From Hyphococcus sp. (lineage in GTDB: Bacteria; Pseudomonadota; Alphaproteobacteria; Caulobacterales; Parvularculaceae), in assembly GCA_021776415.1 (NCBI GenBank), contig JAJFFY010000011.1:73-64072 (forward strand): DNA of 64,000 bases. Direction: 5' to 3'. Positions within the stretch are counted from its first letter, which is position 1. Each line of letters starts with the position of its first letter. The position numbers and the translations under genes were made by a program. The notes below the pieces were generated by a model. The model was not told the DNA's origin. It did no database searches and was given only the letters and a program-made list of their open reading frames with translations. Below are positions 38,484 to 48,921 of this stretch, one piece after another.

Positions 38484-39632
38484 ATGACTGAAATTTCCGA
38501 CCTCGTTAGCCGCGCCGAGAAGATTGCCAACCAGGCGGGGCTTTCGCTCTCGACTGTCTCGCGCAAGCTGTTGAACGACGGCAAGGGGCTCGCCCGGCTC
38601 AAATCCGGCGGCCAGTGCACGATCAAAACCCTTCAGTCGGCGCGGACGCGCCTCGCCGAGCTTGAGCAAAGCTATGGGGCAATGCCGCCGCGCGCCGCCG
38701 TCGCTATGCCGAGTGCTGACGGCCTGTCCGCCCAGGCGATGACCCACCTCGATCGGCTGGAAGCAGAAAGCATCCACATCATGCGCGAGGTTGCCGCGGA
38801 AGCGGAAAACCCGGTGATGCTTTATTCCGTCGGCAAAGATTCGGCAGTGATGCTGCATCTGGCGATGAAGGCGTTTTATCCCTCGAAGCCGCCCTTCCCG
38901 CTGATGCATGTGGACACGACCTGGAAATTTAAAGAGATGATCGCGTTTCGCGACGACACGGTCAAACGCCTCGGGCTCGATCTGATTGTTCACACCAATG
39001 CGGATGGCGTTGCGCAGGGAATTAATCCGTTCACGCATGGATCGCAAATCCATACTGATGTGATGAAAACCCAAGGGCTGAAACAGGCACTCGATAAATA
39101 TGGCTTCGACGCAGCTTTTGGCGGCGCGCGCCGCGACGAGGAAAAATCCCGCGCCAAGGAGCGCATCTTCTCGTTCCGCTCTGCGGAGCATCGCTGGGAT
39201 CCGAAAAACCAGCGCCCCGAGCTTTGGAATATTTACAACACAAAGATCAGCCAGGGCGAGTCGATCCGCGTTTTTCCCCTATCGAACTGGACCGAACTTG
39301 ATATCTGGCAATATATCTACCGCGAGGCGATCCCGATCGTGCCGCTTTATTATGCTGCAAAGCGTCCAGTAGTAGAGCGCGACGGCGTGATGATCATGGT
39401 CGATGATGAGCGCATGCCGTTAAATGACGGCGAGCAACCGGTGATGGAAACCGTACGTTTTCGCACATTGGGGTGCTACCCGCTGACCGGCGCTGTGAAG
39501 TCCGACGCCGCGACACTGCCCGAGATTATCTCCGAAATGCTGACAGCCCGAAACTCCGAGCGCGAAGGCCGCGTGATCGATCATGACCAGTCGGCGTCGA
39601 TGGAGAAGAAAAAACAAGAGGGGTATTTTTAG
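38484..39632 (+). CDS. cysD: Sulfate adenylyltransferase subunit 2 with an N-terminal HTH-like extension
   Basis: [40 protein letters not shown] and KKQEGYF; core starts at residue 86 (38739). Confidence 0.95.
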   Translation: MTEISDLVSRAEKIANQAGLSLSTVSRKLLNDGKGLARLKSGGQCTIKTLQSARTRLAELEQSYGAMPPRAAVAMPSADGLSAQAMTHLDRLEAESIHIMREVAAEAENPVMLYSVGKDSAVMLHLAMKAFYPSKPPFPLMHVDTTWKFKEMIAFRDDTVKRLGLDLIVHTNADGVAQGINPFTHGSQIHTDVMKTQGLKQALDKYGFDAAFGGARRDEEKSRAKERIFSFRSAEHRWDPKNQRPELWNIYNTKISQGESIRVFPLSNWTELDIWQYIYREAIPIVPLYYAAKRPVVERDGVMIMVDDERMPLNDGEQPVMETVRFRTLGCYPLTGAVKSDAATLPEIISEMLTARNSEREGRVIDHDQSASMEKKKQEGYF

Positions 39633-41537
39633 ATGGCCAACGCACCCCTCACCGCTGACGACAATGTCATCGACTATCTCGCCGCCCATGAGCGCAAAGG
39701 TCTGATGCGGTTCATCACCTGCGGCAGTGTCGATGACGGCAAGTCGACCCTGATCGGGCGGCTGCTTTATGACAGTAAGCTGCTTTATGATGACCAATTG
39801 GCGGCGCTTGAAAGCGACACCAAAAAGCACGGCACCCAAGGCGAGAAAATCGACTTTGCGCTGCTCGTGGACGGCCTCGCCGCGGAGCGTGAACAGGGCA
39901 TCACCATCGATGTCGCCTACCGGTTTTTCTCAACGGAAAAGCGCAACTTCATCGTCGCCGATACGCCGGGTCATGAACAATACACCCGCAATATGGCGAC
40001 CGGCGCCTCAACCGCCGATCTTGCGATCATCCTGATCGATGCGCGCCGCGGCGTCCTCACCCAGACCCGGCGCCACTCCTATATTGCCTCACTGCTAGGC
40101 ATTCGCCATGTGGTCGTCGCCGTCAACAAGATGGACCTTGTCGGTTATTCCGAAAAAACCTTCCGCGAGATTGAAAGCGCCTATCGGGAATTTGCCGAAC
40201 CGCTGGGTTTTCAATCCACCGCGATCATGCCGTTATCGGCGCTTGATGGCGACAACATCATCACCAAAAGTCCGCATACGCCATGGTATAATGGCGCCGC
40301 GCTGATGCCTTATCTTGAGACTGTCAATGTCCGCGAAGAACAAGGCGACAAACCGTTGCGCATGCCGGTGCAATGGGTGAACCGGCCGGACCTCGATTTT
40401 CGCGGCTTTGCCGGAACCATCGCCAGCGGGACCGCCCGTCCCGGCGACGAGATTGTCGTTTTGCCATCGGCCAAACGCTCCAAGGTCGCGCGGATTGTGA
40501 CCATGGATGGCGACATGCAAGAGGCCAGCGCCGATATGGCGGTGACGGTGACGCTCGAAGATGAAATCGACATCTCCCGCGGAGATATTATTTGTGCGGG
40601 CAAGGCGCCAGCCGAGCAGACCGATCAATTCGCCGCGCATCTGTTATGGATGGCGGAGGAGAAACTCTTCCCCGGGCGGCAATATCTGTTGAAGACCGCA
40701 AACCGTATTGTCCCGGCAACGATCACCGCGCTCAAGCACAAGGTCAATGTCAACACGCTGGAGCATATGTCCGGTAAGACGCTGGAGTTGAACGAAGTCG
40801 GGTTTTGTAACTTCAACCTGTCGCAGCCTATCGCCTTTGATCCCTATACCGATAACCGCCGCACCGGCTCTTTCATTTTGATTGACAAGCGCACCAACGC
40901 CACCATCGGCGCCGGAATGATCGATTTCTCGCTACGGCGTGCGCAAAACGTTCACTGGCAGGATCTCGACATCAACAAGAAGGCGCGCGCCAACACCAAA
41001 CATCAGCGCCCCTGCGTTCTCTGGTTCACCGGACTTTCCGGCTCCGGCAAATCGACCGTCGCCAATCTGGTCGAAAAGCGCCTGCACGATCTTGGCCGTC
41101 ACACCTATACGCTTGACGGCGACAATGTCCGCCATGGCCTCAACAAGGATCTCGGTTTTACCGACGCTGACCGGGTTGAGAACATCCGCCGGGTTGCGGA
41201 AAGCGCAAAGCTGATGGCCGACGCCGGGCTGATCGTTTGCGTTTCGTTTATCTCGCCATTCCAGAGCGAGCGCCGCATGGCGCGCGAATTGTTGGAGGAC
41301 GGAGAATTTGTCGAAGTCTATATCTCAACGCCGCTGGAAGTCTGCGAGCAGCGCGACGTCAAAGGGCTTTACGCCAAGGCGCGGCGCGGCGAGATCAAGA
41401 ACTTCACCGGCATCGATTCAGCCTATGAGGCGCCGCAAAATGCGGAGATTGATGTGGACACGTCAGATATCCCCGCCGCCGACGCAGCGGACGCGATTGT
41501 CGAATATCTCCAAGGCAAGGGATATCTCGAGGGCTGA
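39633..41537 (+). CDS. cysNC: Bifunctional sulfate adenylyltransferase subunit 1 / APS kinase (CysNC, NodQ-like)
   Basis: [18 protein letters not shown] and NKMD; C-terminal [19 protein letters not shown] and FTGI. Confidence 0.96.
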   Translation: MANAPLTADDNVIDYLAAHERKGLMRFITCGSVDDGKSTLIGRLLYDSKLLYDDQLAALESDTKKHGTQGEKIDFALLVDGLAAEREQGITIDVAYRFFSTEKRNFIVADTPGHEQYTRNMATGASTADLAIILIDARRGVLTQTRRHSYIASLLGIRHVVVAVNKMDLVGYSEKTFREIESAYREFAEPLGFQSTAIMPLSALDGDNIITKSPHTPWYNGAALMPYLETVNVREEQGDKPLRMPVQWVNRPDLDFRGFAGTIASGTARPGDEIVVLPSAKRSKVARIVTMDGDMQEASADMAVTVTLEDEIDISRGDIICAGKAPAEQTDQFAAHLLWMAEEKLFPGRQYLLKTANRIVPATITALKHKVNVNTLEHMSGKTLELNEVGFCNFNLSQPIAFDPYTDNRRTGSFILIDKRTNATIGAGMIDFSLRRAQNVHWQDLDINKKARANTKHQRPCVLWFTGLSGSGKSTVANLVEKRLHDLGRHTYTLDGDNVRHGLNKDLGFTDADRVENIRRVAESAKLMADAGLIVCVSFISPFQSERRMARELLEDGEFVEVYISTPLEVCEQRDVKGLYAKARRGEIKNFTGIDSAYEAPQNAEIDVDTSDIPAADAADAIVEYLQGKGYLEG

Positions 41538-41730
41538 TACTCAATAGTAGCTCAAACTGTGCGGGGGCCGCCGTCGTCGAGAATATGACGCCCTGCCGCC
41601 GCCACAGCAGGCCGGAGTGTCTGCGTATTTGAATGAATATGGGGTTTTTTTAGTTATTACAGACGGTTGCGCCAAATGATTAACTTGTGTTAAGATTTGC
41701 CGGGACCTAATTTTGAAGGGGGAGTTTTCC

Positions 41731-42483
41731 ATGAAAAGCATTCGTATTCCGCTTGCGGCCATTGCTGCGGCGATCATATCGACTACTGCGGCCAACGCCG
41801 TACCGGTGGATTTATCCACCTGGATATCGGACAGCGGCGGAAACTGGACTGTAGCGGGCGACAATAACAGCGTATTTCAAAATCTGAACAGCGCGCCGAC
41901 CGTCTTTCACAACGGCGTCGACAGTCAGGGCCTATCGCTGGCCGGCACGATCACGGTTGAGACAACCAGTGATGATGACTTTATCGGCTTCGTCCTTGGC
42001 TACACACAAGGCGATATCGACGGCAATGTGGACACCGATTACATTCTTGTTGACTGGAAGCAAGGAACCCAGGGCGGGTGGGACGCCGGGCTCGCTATTT
42101 CGCGCGTTACCGGCCCCATACAAGCCAGCGGCGTAGACACGTCTGCTGACGCATGGGACCATGTCGGCAACGTTTCGTTGCTAACGCGGGCGAACAATCT
42201 CGGCAACACCGGCTGGGTAGACAATACAACTTACTCCTTCCAGATCGACTTTACATCAACGCTCATTCGCGTGCTGGTGGACGGCGTTTTGGAATTGCAA
42301 GTTGCCGGATCGTTCGCCAACGGTGCGTTTGGTTTTTACAATCATTCACAACCAAACGTTCGCTATGCGGGCATTACCGAAGAAGTATTGCCGCCGGAAA
42401 TTCCAATCCCTGGCGCACTGCCGCTGATGCTTACGGGCATGGGGCTTGTCAGCTTCCTCAAGCGTCGAAAACGCAAAGCCTAA
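41731..42483 (+). CDS. PEP-CTERM/VPLPA-CTERM-type surface protein with a thrombospondin C-terminal-like domain
   Basis: Signal peptide; Q.LNSAP, DDDFIGFVLGY and VDWKQ; C-terminal IPIPGALPLMLTG-TM-KRRKRK. Confidence 0.8.
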   Translation: MKSIRIPLAAIAAAIISTTAANAVPVDLSTWISDSGGNWTVAGDNNSVFQNLNSAPTVFHNGVDSQGLSLAGTITVETTSDDDFIGFVLGYTQGDIDGNVDTDYILVDWKQGTQGGWDAGLAISRVTGPIQASGVDTSADAWDHVGNVSLLTRANNLGNTGWVDNTTYSFQIDFTSTLIRVLVDGVLELQVAGSFANGAFGFYNHSQPNVRYAGITEEVLPPEIPIPGALPLMLTGMGLVSFLKRRKRKA

Positions 42484-42512
42484 GGGCGCCGCTCAATTGA
42501 ATACCTGATCTG

Positions 42513-42551
42513 AAAGCGCCAATTTGTAACAGCAGATTGGCGCTTTTGTTT
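42513..42551 (+). terminator. Probable terminator hairpin between convergent genes
   Basis: AAAGCGCCAAT...ATTGGCGCTTT followed by a T-rich tract. Confidence 0.55.
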
Positions 42552-42575
42552 TGGCGCTACTAGGGTTGGTCGCCG

Positions 42576-43388
42576 CTAGGCTTGGTCGCCTATAACTGCC
42601 GTCCGCACGCGCCGCCATGTCTGCGCGCTTCCCGCCACCAGCAGCGGCCGTCCTTGCGACGCTTGCGGCGCGTATGGCGCGCCATTGTCGAGATATTCCG
42701 CCCTGCCGCCGATCTCCCGCAACATCAACACGCCGGCAACATGGTCCCATGGGTGGACGCGGGCATAGAGCGCAAAGTCACGCAATCCACGAACCAGGTT
42801 GATATAGCCGTATGCGGAGCAGCGCACCGGGTCGGTCTCAAAACTCTCTTTGAGCTTGGGAATAATCCGCGATTTCCAGGGCTCGGCCAGATTGCCAATC
42901 GCGCGATAGCCCTTGAGCGGCCCTTGTGTCGCTGCAACCGGCGCCAGCGCCTCGCCGCGCCAGGTCGCGCCGTCGCCTTTTGAGCCGATGGCGAAGGCTT
43001 TGTCGGGAATAGCGTAAATCCACCCCTGGCGTATTTCTCCGTCCTCAACCAGCGCCACGATAGAGCCGAATTCTGGCCGTCCCTGGACAAAATTGCGTGT
43101 TCCATCCAGCGGATCGACAATCCAGAAGGCGCCGTCGCCTTTTAAGCGCTCGACAATCGCCGGCTCGCGGGCGGCGATCTCCTCACCAATAAAGCCGGCG
43201 CCCGGATAAAGATCGCCAAGCGCATGCTCAAGCCTTGCCTCAGCCGCGTGATCGGCGGCGGTGACAAAATCATTGGGGCCGGATTTGGTTTCAATGTCGG
43301 ATTTGACGAGCTTGCCGTAGCGCGAAGCGATCTCTTCTTCGGCAATCTCGGCAATCACCGCCGCGACCTTATCGGGATCGATGATCAT
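42576..43388 (-). CDS. Inositol monophosphatase family protein
   Basis: DFVTAAD, IGEE, WIVDPLDGT.NF and PWDH.AG. Confidence 0.93.
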   Translation of the reverse strand: MIIDPDKVAAVIAEIAEEEIASRYGKLVKSDIETKSGPNDFVTAADHAAEARLEHALGDLYPGAGFIGEEIAAREPAIVERLKGDGAFWIVDPLDGTRNFVQGRPEFGSIVALVEDGEIRQGWIYAIPDKAFAIGSKGDGATWRGEALAPVAATQGPLKGYRAIGNLAEPWKSRIIPKLKESFETDPVRCSAYGYINLVRGLRDFALYARVHPWDHVAGVLMLREIGGRAEYLDNGAPYAPQASQGRPLLVAGSAQTWRRVRTAVIGDQA

Positions 43389-44755
43389 GCGGTTTTGTGT
43401 GCGATGACGCTCGCCGCGTCCGCATGGGCCTCGCGCGCCGCCGGAAAAGATTTGAGGAACTGGCCTCGCGCTTTTCGCGAAAGTCGCGCTTCCACCAGGA
43501 GGTCGGCGTTGTCGGCGCGCTCGTCAATAACATCAGCATGTTGATGGAGCCACGCGCGCGCGGCGCCGTCCGCCGCCGGGATCACAATTTGAATGGTCTC
43601 ATGCGCCGCGGTCAGGGTTTCTTCGACAAGATCGAGAAGCTGATCGACGCCGTCGCCAGTCTCGGCCGATATCGCGACCCGCACCGGTATCTCCATTGTA
43701 CCAGCGCCGCCGGTCTGACTTGCCCGGGAGAGAACTTCGACGCGTTCACACTCTTCGTCGCTCAGCAGATCAATTTTATTGAGCGCTTCGATCACCGGGC
43801 GCTCATCGTCCTGTGCAATACCGAGCGCCGCGAGCACGGAAATCACGTCGTCGCGCTGGGCTTCGGTGTCTTGATGGGCAAAGTCGCGGACATGGATGAT
43901 GACATCGGCTTCCAGCACTTCTTCCAAAGTAGCGCGGAACGCTGCGACCAGCTGGGTCGGCAGCTCAGAGATAAAGCCAACCGTGTCAGAAAGAATAAGC
44001 CGCAGACCCGACGGCAGATCGATTGCCCGCATGGTCGGATCGAGCGTGGCAAATAAGAGGTCCTCGGCCTTGACCGCAGATTTGGTGAGGCGGTTAAACA
44101 GCGTCGACTTGCCGGCATTGGTATAGCCGACAAGCGCGACGACCGGATGCGGCGCGCGCTTTCGTTTGGAGCGCTGTAGCGCGCGGGTGCGCTTTACGTC
44201 TTCAAGTTTTCTCTTGAGGCGGACGATCTTGTCGGCGAGCGCCCTGCGGTCAGATTCGATCTGGCGTTCGCCCGGCCCGCCAAGGAAGCCGGCGCCGCCG
44301 CGCTGACGTTCAAGGTGGGTCCAGGACCGCACCAGCCGCGAGCGTTGATAGTCAAGATGCGCCAGCTCAACTTGCAAACGGCCCTCCGCCGTCTGCGCCC
44401 GCTCGCCGAAGATCTCTAAGATCAGCGCCGTGCGGTCGAGCACTTTTGCGTCCCAGGCAGTTTCCAGATTGCGATGCTGCACCGGCGACAGCGCGCCATC
44501 AACAATGACCAGCCCCGGACGCGGGTCTGAGGCGTCGAGCTGGGCGCGCAACTCTTCAACCTTGCCGCCGCCGATCAGGGTTGCGGGCCTTGGCCGGTTC
44601 ACCGAAATAACTTTCGTATCAACAACGCGAAGATTAATCGCCGCCGCAAGCCCGGCGGCTTCGGCCAGCCGCGCCTCAGGCAAGCGTGCGCCCGCCTCGC
44701 CTTTCAGCGCCGGGTGAATGATGATTACTGTTTCCTGATCCGCTGCGGGCGTCAT
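43385..44755 (-). CDS. hflX: GTPase HflX
   Basis: GYTNAGKST, LFATLDPT, DTVGF and NKID; follows hfq. Confidence 0.97.
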   Translation of the reverse strand: MTPAADQETVIIIHPALKGEAGARLPEARLAEAAGLAAAINLRVVDTKVISVNRPRPATLIGGGKVEELRAQLDASDPRPGLVIVDGALSPVQHRNLETAWDAKVLDRTALILEIFGERAQTAEGRLQVELAHLDYQRSRLVRSWTHLERQRGGAGFLGGPGERQIESDRRALADKIVRLKRKLEDVKRTRALQRSKRKRAPHPVVALVGYTNAGKSTLFNRLTKSAVKAEDLLFATLDPTMRAIDLPSGLRLILSDTVGFISELPTQLVAAFRATLEEVLEADVIIHVRDFAHQDTEAQRDDVISVLAALGIAQDDERPVIEALNKIDLLSDEECERVEVLSRASQTGGAGTMEIPVRVAISAETGDGVDQLLDLVEETLTAAHETIQIVIPAADGAARAWLHQHADVIDERADNADLLVEARLSRKARGQFLKSFPAAREAHADAASVIAHKTA

Positions 44756-44998
44756 TTATTCTTCGTCGCTATCGCCGTCCCAAAGCGTGACCGGCTGTTG
44801 CGGCATCACCGTGGAAATCGCATGCTTGTAGACCAACTGCGCATGGCCGTCGCGCTTCAGCAAAACACAGAAATTATCAAACCAGCTGACAATGCCTTGC
44901 AGCTTGACGCCGTTCACAAGAAAGATCGTGACCGGGGTTTTCGATTTGCGAACGTGATTGAGAAAAGTGTCCTGAAGGTTCTGTTTTTTATCGGTCAT
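44756..44998 (-). CDS. hfq: RNA chaperone Hfq
   Basis: [19 protein letters not shown] and VYKHAISTV. Confidence 0.98.
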   Translation of the reverse strand: MTDKKQNLQDTFLNHVRKSKTPVTIFLVNGVKLQGIVSWFDNFCVLLKRDGHAQLVYKHAISTVMPQQPVTLWDGDSDEE

Positions 44999-45180
44999 TG
45001 GGGCTGCACTCCGCCTCATTGTTATAATTTTTGCAATGCAACAACATTGTGGCCGCTGAACGGCCCTGAGGCAACCGGTTTTATAGCGCCGGGGGAAAAA
45101 GTGGAAACCGGTTTTTCGCAACAACCGGCGCGCAACAACGAATCTAGCGCATTGGGCGATCGCGTTAACCGCCCGATGCG

Positions 45181-46053
45181 CTAGTCGTTTTGAGCCCCGG
45201 AAATGCGGCGGGCGCGCGCCTTATAGGCTTCACGCAGACGCAAGGCGACGCGGCCCGGGGCGCCGTCGCCAACTTTGACGCCGTCAATTTGCACAACCGG
45301 CGTCACCAGATTGGTTGCTGATGTAACAAAGGCCTCTGCCGCCTGTTGCGCCTCGCTAACGCTGAATGCGCGCTCCTCGACCTTGATCTGCAAGTCCCTG
45401 GCGCAGGCAAGCGCCGTCTCGCGGGTGATGCCGCTGAGAATTTCATGGCCCTTGGGATGGGTGACGAGGGCGCCGTCATCGGTGACGATCCAGGCGTTGG
45501 AGGACGATCCCTCCGTCACCTTGCCATTGCGCACCAGCCAGGCCTCAGCGGCGCCGGCCTCAACCCCGGCCTGCTTGGCCAGCACATTCGGCAACAGCGA
45601 AATCGACTTGATGTCGACCCTGCCCCAGCGAATATCCGGCGCCGTGATCACGCGAACCCCTGTGGCCGCCTGCGCATCGCTTTGATCGAGATCGAACCGC
45701 CGCGCCGTAATAATCAGGGCGGGCGGAACTTCATCTGCGGGAAACGGATGGTTGCGGGGCGCGACGCCGCGCGTCACCTGAATATAGACCAGCGCATCAC
45801 TAAGCCGGTTGCGGCGCAACACTTCGTTCATGACCACTTGAAGGGAAGCAACGCCCAGGGGCATGCGAATGCGCAACGCACTGAGCGAGCGCTCCATCCT
45901 TGCAAGATGGCCGTCCATATCCCAATAGCGACCGCCAATGACGAGACACACTTCATATATTCCGTCTGCGAATTGATAGCCGCGATCGTCGATATGCACC
46001 ATAGCTTTATGGTGCGGGCCATATTGTCCGTTAAAATATGCAATTTTCGGCAT
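45181..46053 (-). CDS. dat: D-amino-acid transaminase (PLP fold IV)
   Basis: [20 protein letters not shown] and TEGSSSN; conserved position upstream of hfq. Confidence 0.88.
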   Translation of the reverse strand: MPKIAYFNGQYGPHHKAMVHIDDRGYQFADGIYEVCLVIGGRYWDMDGHLARMERSLSALRIRMPLGVASLQVVMNEVLRRNRLSDALVYIQVTRGVAPRNHPFPADEVPPALIITARRFDLDQSDAQAATGVRVITAPDIRWGRVDIKSISLLPNVLAKQAGVEAGAAEAWLVRNGKVTEGSSSNAWIVTDDGALVTHPKGHEILSGITRETALACARDLQIKVEERAFSVSEAQQAAEAFVTSATNLVTPVVQIDGVKVGDGAPGRVALRLREAYKARARRISGAQND

Positions 46054-46056
46054 TGT

Positions 46057-47451
46057 TTAAAGAAATCTCCAGAACACTCGGTTGAGCAAAACAAGCGCCA
46101 CCGCCGCTTCAAGCCTGCCAAGGATCATCGCCACCAGGAGCAACCACCGGGCCGGCGCATCAAAGATCGCATAACCGTCCCCCGCCCCTTCGGCAAGCTG
46201 GATCAGCGGGCCGGCATTGGCGAGCGCCGCGGTCGCCGCCGCCGCCGCGATTTCAAACGAGTGACCGTTAAATGACAGCGCCACCACCAATGCCGCCAGC
46301 GTCATCGTGAACACCAGAAAATGTATCCAGACGCCAAGCTCGTTAGCGACGCGGCGGCTGCCAAAAACTGCGCTCGGCGCAATCAACCGGCGAACCTCCT
46401 CACGCGCGCGGCGCATAATCACCAGCCAGCGCAGGATCTTAAACCCACCCGCCGTCGATACCGCCGCGCCGCCGATGATCGCCGTCACCATCGCCGCAAT
46501 CAACGGCGGCGCCTCGCCGATAACATAGCCATTGGTCGTCAAAAGCGAGGCGGCGTTAAAGATCTGCGGCGCCGCCAACAACACATCGCCCGCGCCGGCG
46601 AGCACCCAAAACATCACCCCGACAACGAAAAGAATGATCAAATAGGCGCCGGTTTCAACATCGCGCACGCGCTCCCTCGCGCCGCGCGCGACGCGGGCGA
46701 TCAGCACAAAATTGGCGCCGCTGAAAACCAGAACAAAGAACAAAACCCCGCTGACGGCGGGCGCATAGGCGCCGACGCCGCCGGCATTTGGCAGGAAACC
46801 GCCCGATGCGACGCCCGACAGCGCCATGATCACCGCATCAAATGTCGGTGCGCCAGCGATGGTGAGGCTGAAAAATGCAAACATGGTCGCCGCTGCATAG
46901 ACAGAGGAAAACGCCCTGACCGCATTGCGCAACGGGCGAAGAAAGGACGCGTCATCACCCCGCGAGAATGGCGGCAAAAGCGTATCAATGCCAATAAAGG
47001 CGGGGCGGATAAAAATCGCCGCGGCGATGGAAATGGTCGCCAGACCGCCAAGCCATTGCAACTGCGCGCGCCACAACATTCCCGCCGGGCTGGCGATGGC
47101 GTCGCTATTGGAAAGCCAGCCGCCGGTGGTCGTGATCGCGCTTACAGCTTCGAAATAGGCGTCCGCATAGCCCAGCGATCCCATGGCGAATGGTATGGCG
47201 GCAAATGCCGGAACCAGCGCCCACCATAGCAAGATCATAATCAGCGCGCCGCGAAAGTCTGCTGGCGGACGCTTTCCGATGCTGGCCGCATAAGCGCCGC
47301 CGCCCGCTATTAACGACGCCGTCACGCCAAAGAGATAGGCGCCGGCGCTGTCTTCGCCGCCGGTCGCCGCTACCAGCATCGGCACAATCATCGCCACGCC
47401 GAGCACCAGCAACATGGCCGAAAGACCGCGAAGTATGCTTGTCAGCCCCAT
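46057..47451 (-). CDS. trkH: TrkH potassium uptake membrane protein
   Basis: EAVSAITTTG, QWLGG, STAGGFK and MILGRLE. Confidence 0.88.
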   Translation of the reverse strand: MGLTSILRGLSAMLLVLGVAMIVPMLVAATGGEDSAGAYLFGVTASLIAGGGAYAASIGKRPPADFRGALIMILLWWALVPAFAAIPFAMGSLGYADAYFEAVSAITTTGGWLSNSDAIASPAGMLWRAQLQWLGGLATISIAAAIFIRPAFIGIDTLLPPFSRGDDASFLRPLRNAVRAFSSVYAAATMFAFFSLTIAGAPTFDAVIMALSGVASGGFLPNAGGVGAYAPAVSGVLFFVLVFSGANFVLIARVARGARERVRDVETGAYLIILFVVGVMFWVLAGAGDVLLAAPQIFNAASLLTTNGYVIGEAPPLIAAMVTAIIGGAAVSTAGGFKILRWLVIMRRAREEVRRLIAPSAVFGSRRVANELGVWIHFLVFTMTLAALVVALSFNGHSFEIAAAAATAALANAGPLIQLAEGAGDGYAIFDAPARWLLLVAMILGRLEAAVALVLLNRVFWRFL

Positions 47452-47514
47452 GCCGCGGCGTCCTCGACCAACCTGCCCACAGTGCGGTCCTTCGTGGTCC
47501 GCCCGTCGGGGCGG

Positions 47515-48888
47515 TTAAAAATATTCAATGCTGACACGGAACATCTGTTCTACGTCTTTGACGTTCTCACGCATCGACATCAGGACAATGCGGTCGCCGG
47601 CATTGATGACGGTATCACCGGTTGGCATTTGCACCTCGCCATCGCGCAGCACCGCGCCGATCATAACGCCTTCCGGCAGTTTCGCCTCGCGCAGGGGTTT
47701 GTTGACCAACGGCGAGGTCTCTAGCGCCACCGCATCGACCAGTTCAGCCGCGCCATCGGAAAGGGAATAAACGCCTTTTATGCGCCCGCGACGCACATGT
47801 TGTAAAATCGTTGAGATGGTTGTCGCTCTCGGATCGATAAACCGGTCAATGCCGACCGATTCGCAAACCGGGCCGTAATCACTGTCGTTGATCAACGCCA
47901 TGGAACGCCGGCCGCCTTCACGCTTGGCGACAACGGAGGCTAAAATATTGACCTGATCGTTGTCGGTCACCGCGACGACAGTTTCAGCCTCGCTGACGCC
48001 AGCCTCGCGCAGGATCGACCGGTCGAGCCCGTCTCCGAGGAGAACGATGGTGCGCTCTAACTCTTCGGCCAAAAACTCTGCGCGTTTGCGGTCACGCTCG
48101 ATGATGCGAATTTTCATCGCGCCCAGCTTTTCAAGGCCTTTGGCGACGAAGAGACCGACATTGCCGCCGCCGATAATAATCACCCGGCGGGCTCTGCTGG
48201 CCGCCTCGCCCATAATTTCCAGCGCACGCTGAACGTCGTGGCGGTCGGCGATAAAATAAATCTGGTCGCCCGCCTCCAGCTGATCGTCGGCATGGGCGCG
48301 CCACAGCCGCTCGCCGCGCTTGATGGCGACGATGGTAATTTTCAAGTCAGGAAAAAGTTCCGCGACCTGACGCAACGGCGTGTTGATAATTGCGCAATCT
48401 TCGCGAAGCTTGACGCCAACCGCCCAGATCCGCTCATCGGCAAATGATGTCACCTCAAATGCCCCCGGCGTCGACATCCGCCGCATGATCGCTTCGGAAA
48501 CCTCGCGCTCCGGCGAGATGATGACGTCAATCGGCATATGCTTGCGGGCGTAAAGGTCGGAATATTTCGGATCGAGATATTGTTGGGCGCGCACTCTGGC
48601 GATTTTTGTCGGCACGTTAAAAAGCGTGTGGGCAATCTGACAGGCGATCATATTGACCTCGTCAGAATAGGTCACCGCAATCACCATGTCGGCCTCGCGC
48701 GCGCCGGCCTCTTCCAGCACATCAGGATAGGCGCCATTGCCGACAACGCCGCGCACATCGAGACGTTCAGCAACCGTGCGGATCAGCTCTTTCGACTGAT
48801 CGATCACGGTGACTTCATTGTCCTCGCGAGAAAGCCGGCGGGCGATGCCGACACCGACACGCCCGGCGCCGCAAACGATCACTCTCAT
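47515..48888 (-). CDS. trkA: Trk system potassium transporter TrkA
   Basis: GAGRVG, GGGNVG and two RCK pairs. Confidence 0.96.
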   Translation of the reverse strand: MRVIVCGAGRVGVGIARRLSREDNEVTVIDQSKELIRTVAERLDVRGVVGNGAYPDVLEEAGAREADMVIAVTYSDEVNMIACQIAHTLFNVPTKIARVRAQQYLDPKYSDLYARKHMPIDVIISPEREVSEAIMRRMSTPGAFEVTSFADERIWAVGVKLREDCAIINTPLRQVAELFPDLKITIVAIKRGERLWRAHADDQLEAGDQIYFIADRHDVQRALEIMGEAASRARRVIIIGGGNVGLFVAKGLEKLGAMKIRIIERDRKRAEFLAEELERTIVLLGDGLDRSILREAGVSEAETVVAVTDNDQVNILASVVAKREGGRRSMALINDSDYGPVCESVGIDRFIDPRATTISTILQHVRRGRIKGVYSLSDGAAELVDAVALETSPLVNKPLREAKLPEGVMIGAVLRDGEVQMPTGDTVINAGDRIVLMSMRENVKDVEQMFRVSIEYF

Positions 48889-48921
48889 GATCTGGAGATC
48901 CTTAAATATTGGCGCTCTTGA

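Noticed and set aside
41680-41693. CtrA box upstream of the PEP-CTERM-type gene
   Set aside because: Spacing is TTAA-N6-TTAA, not N7
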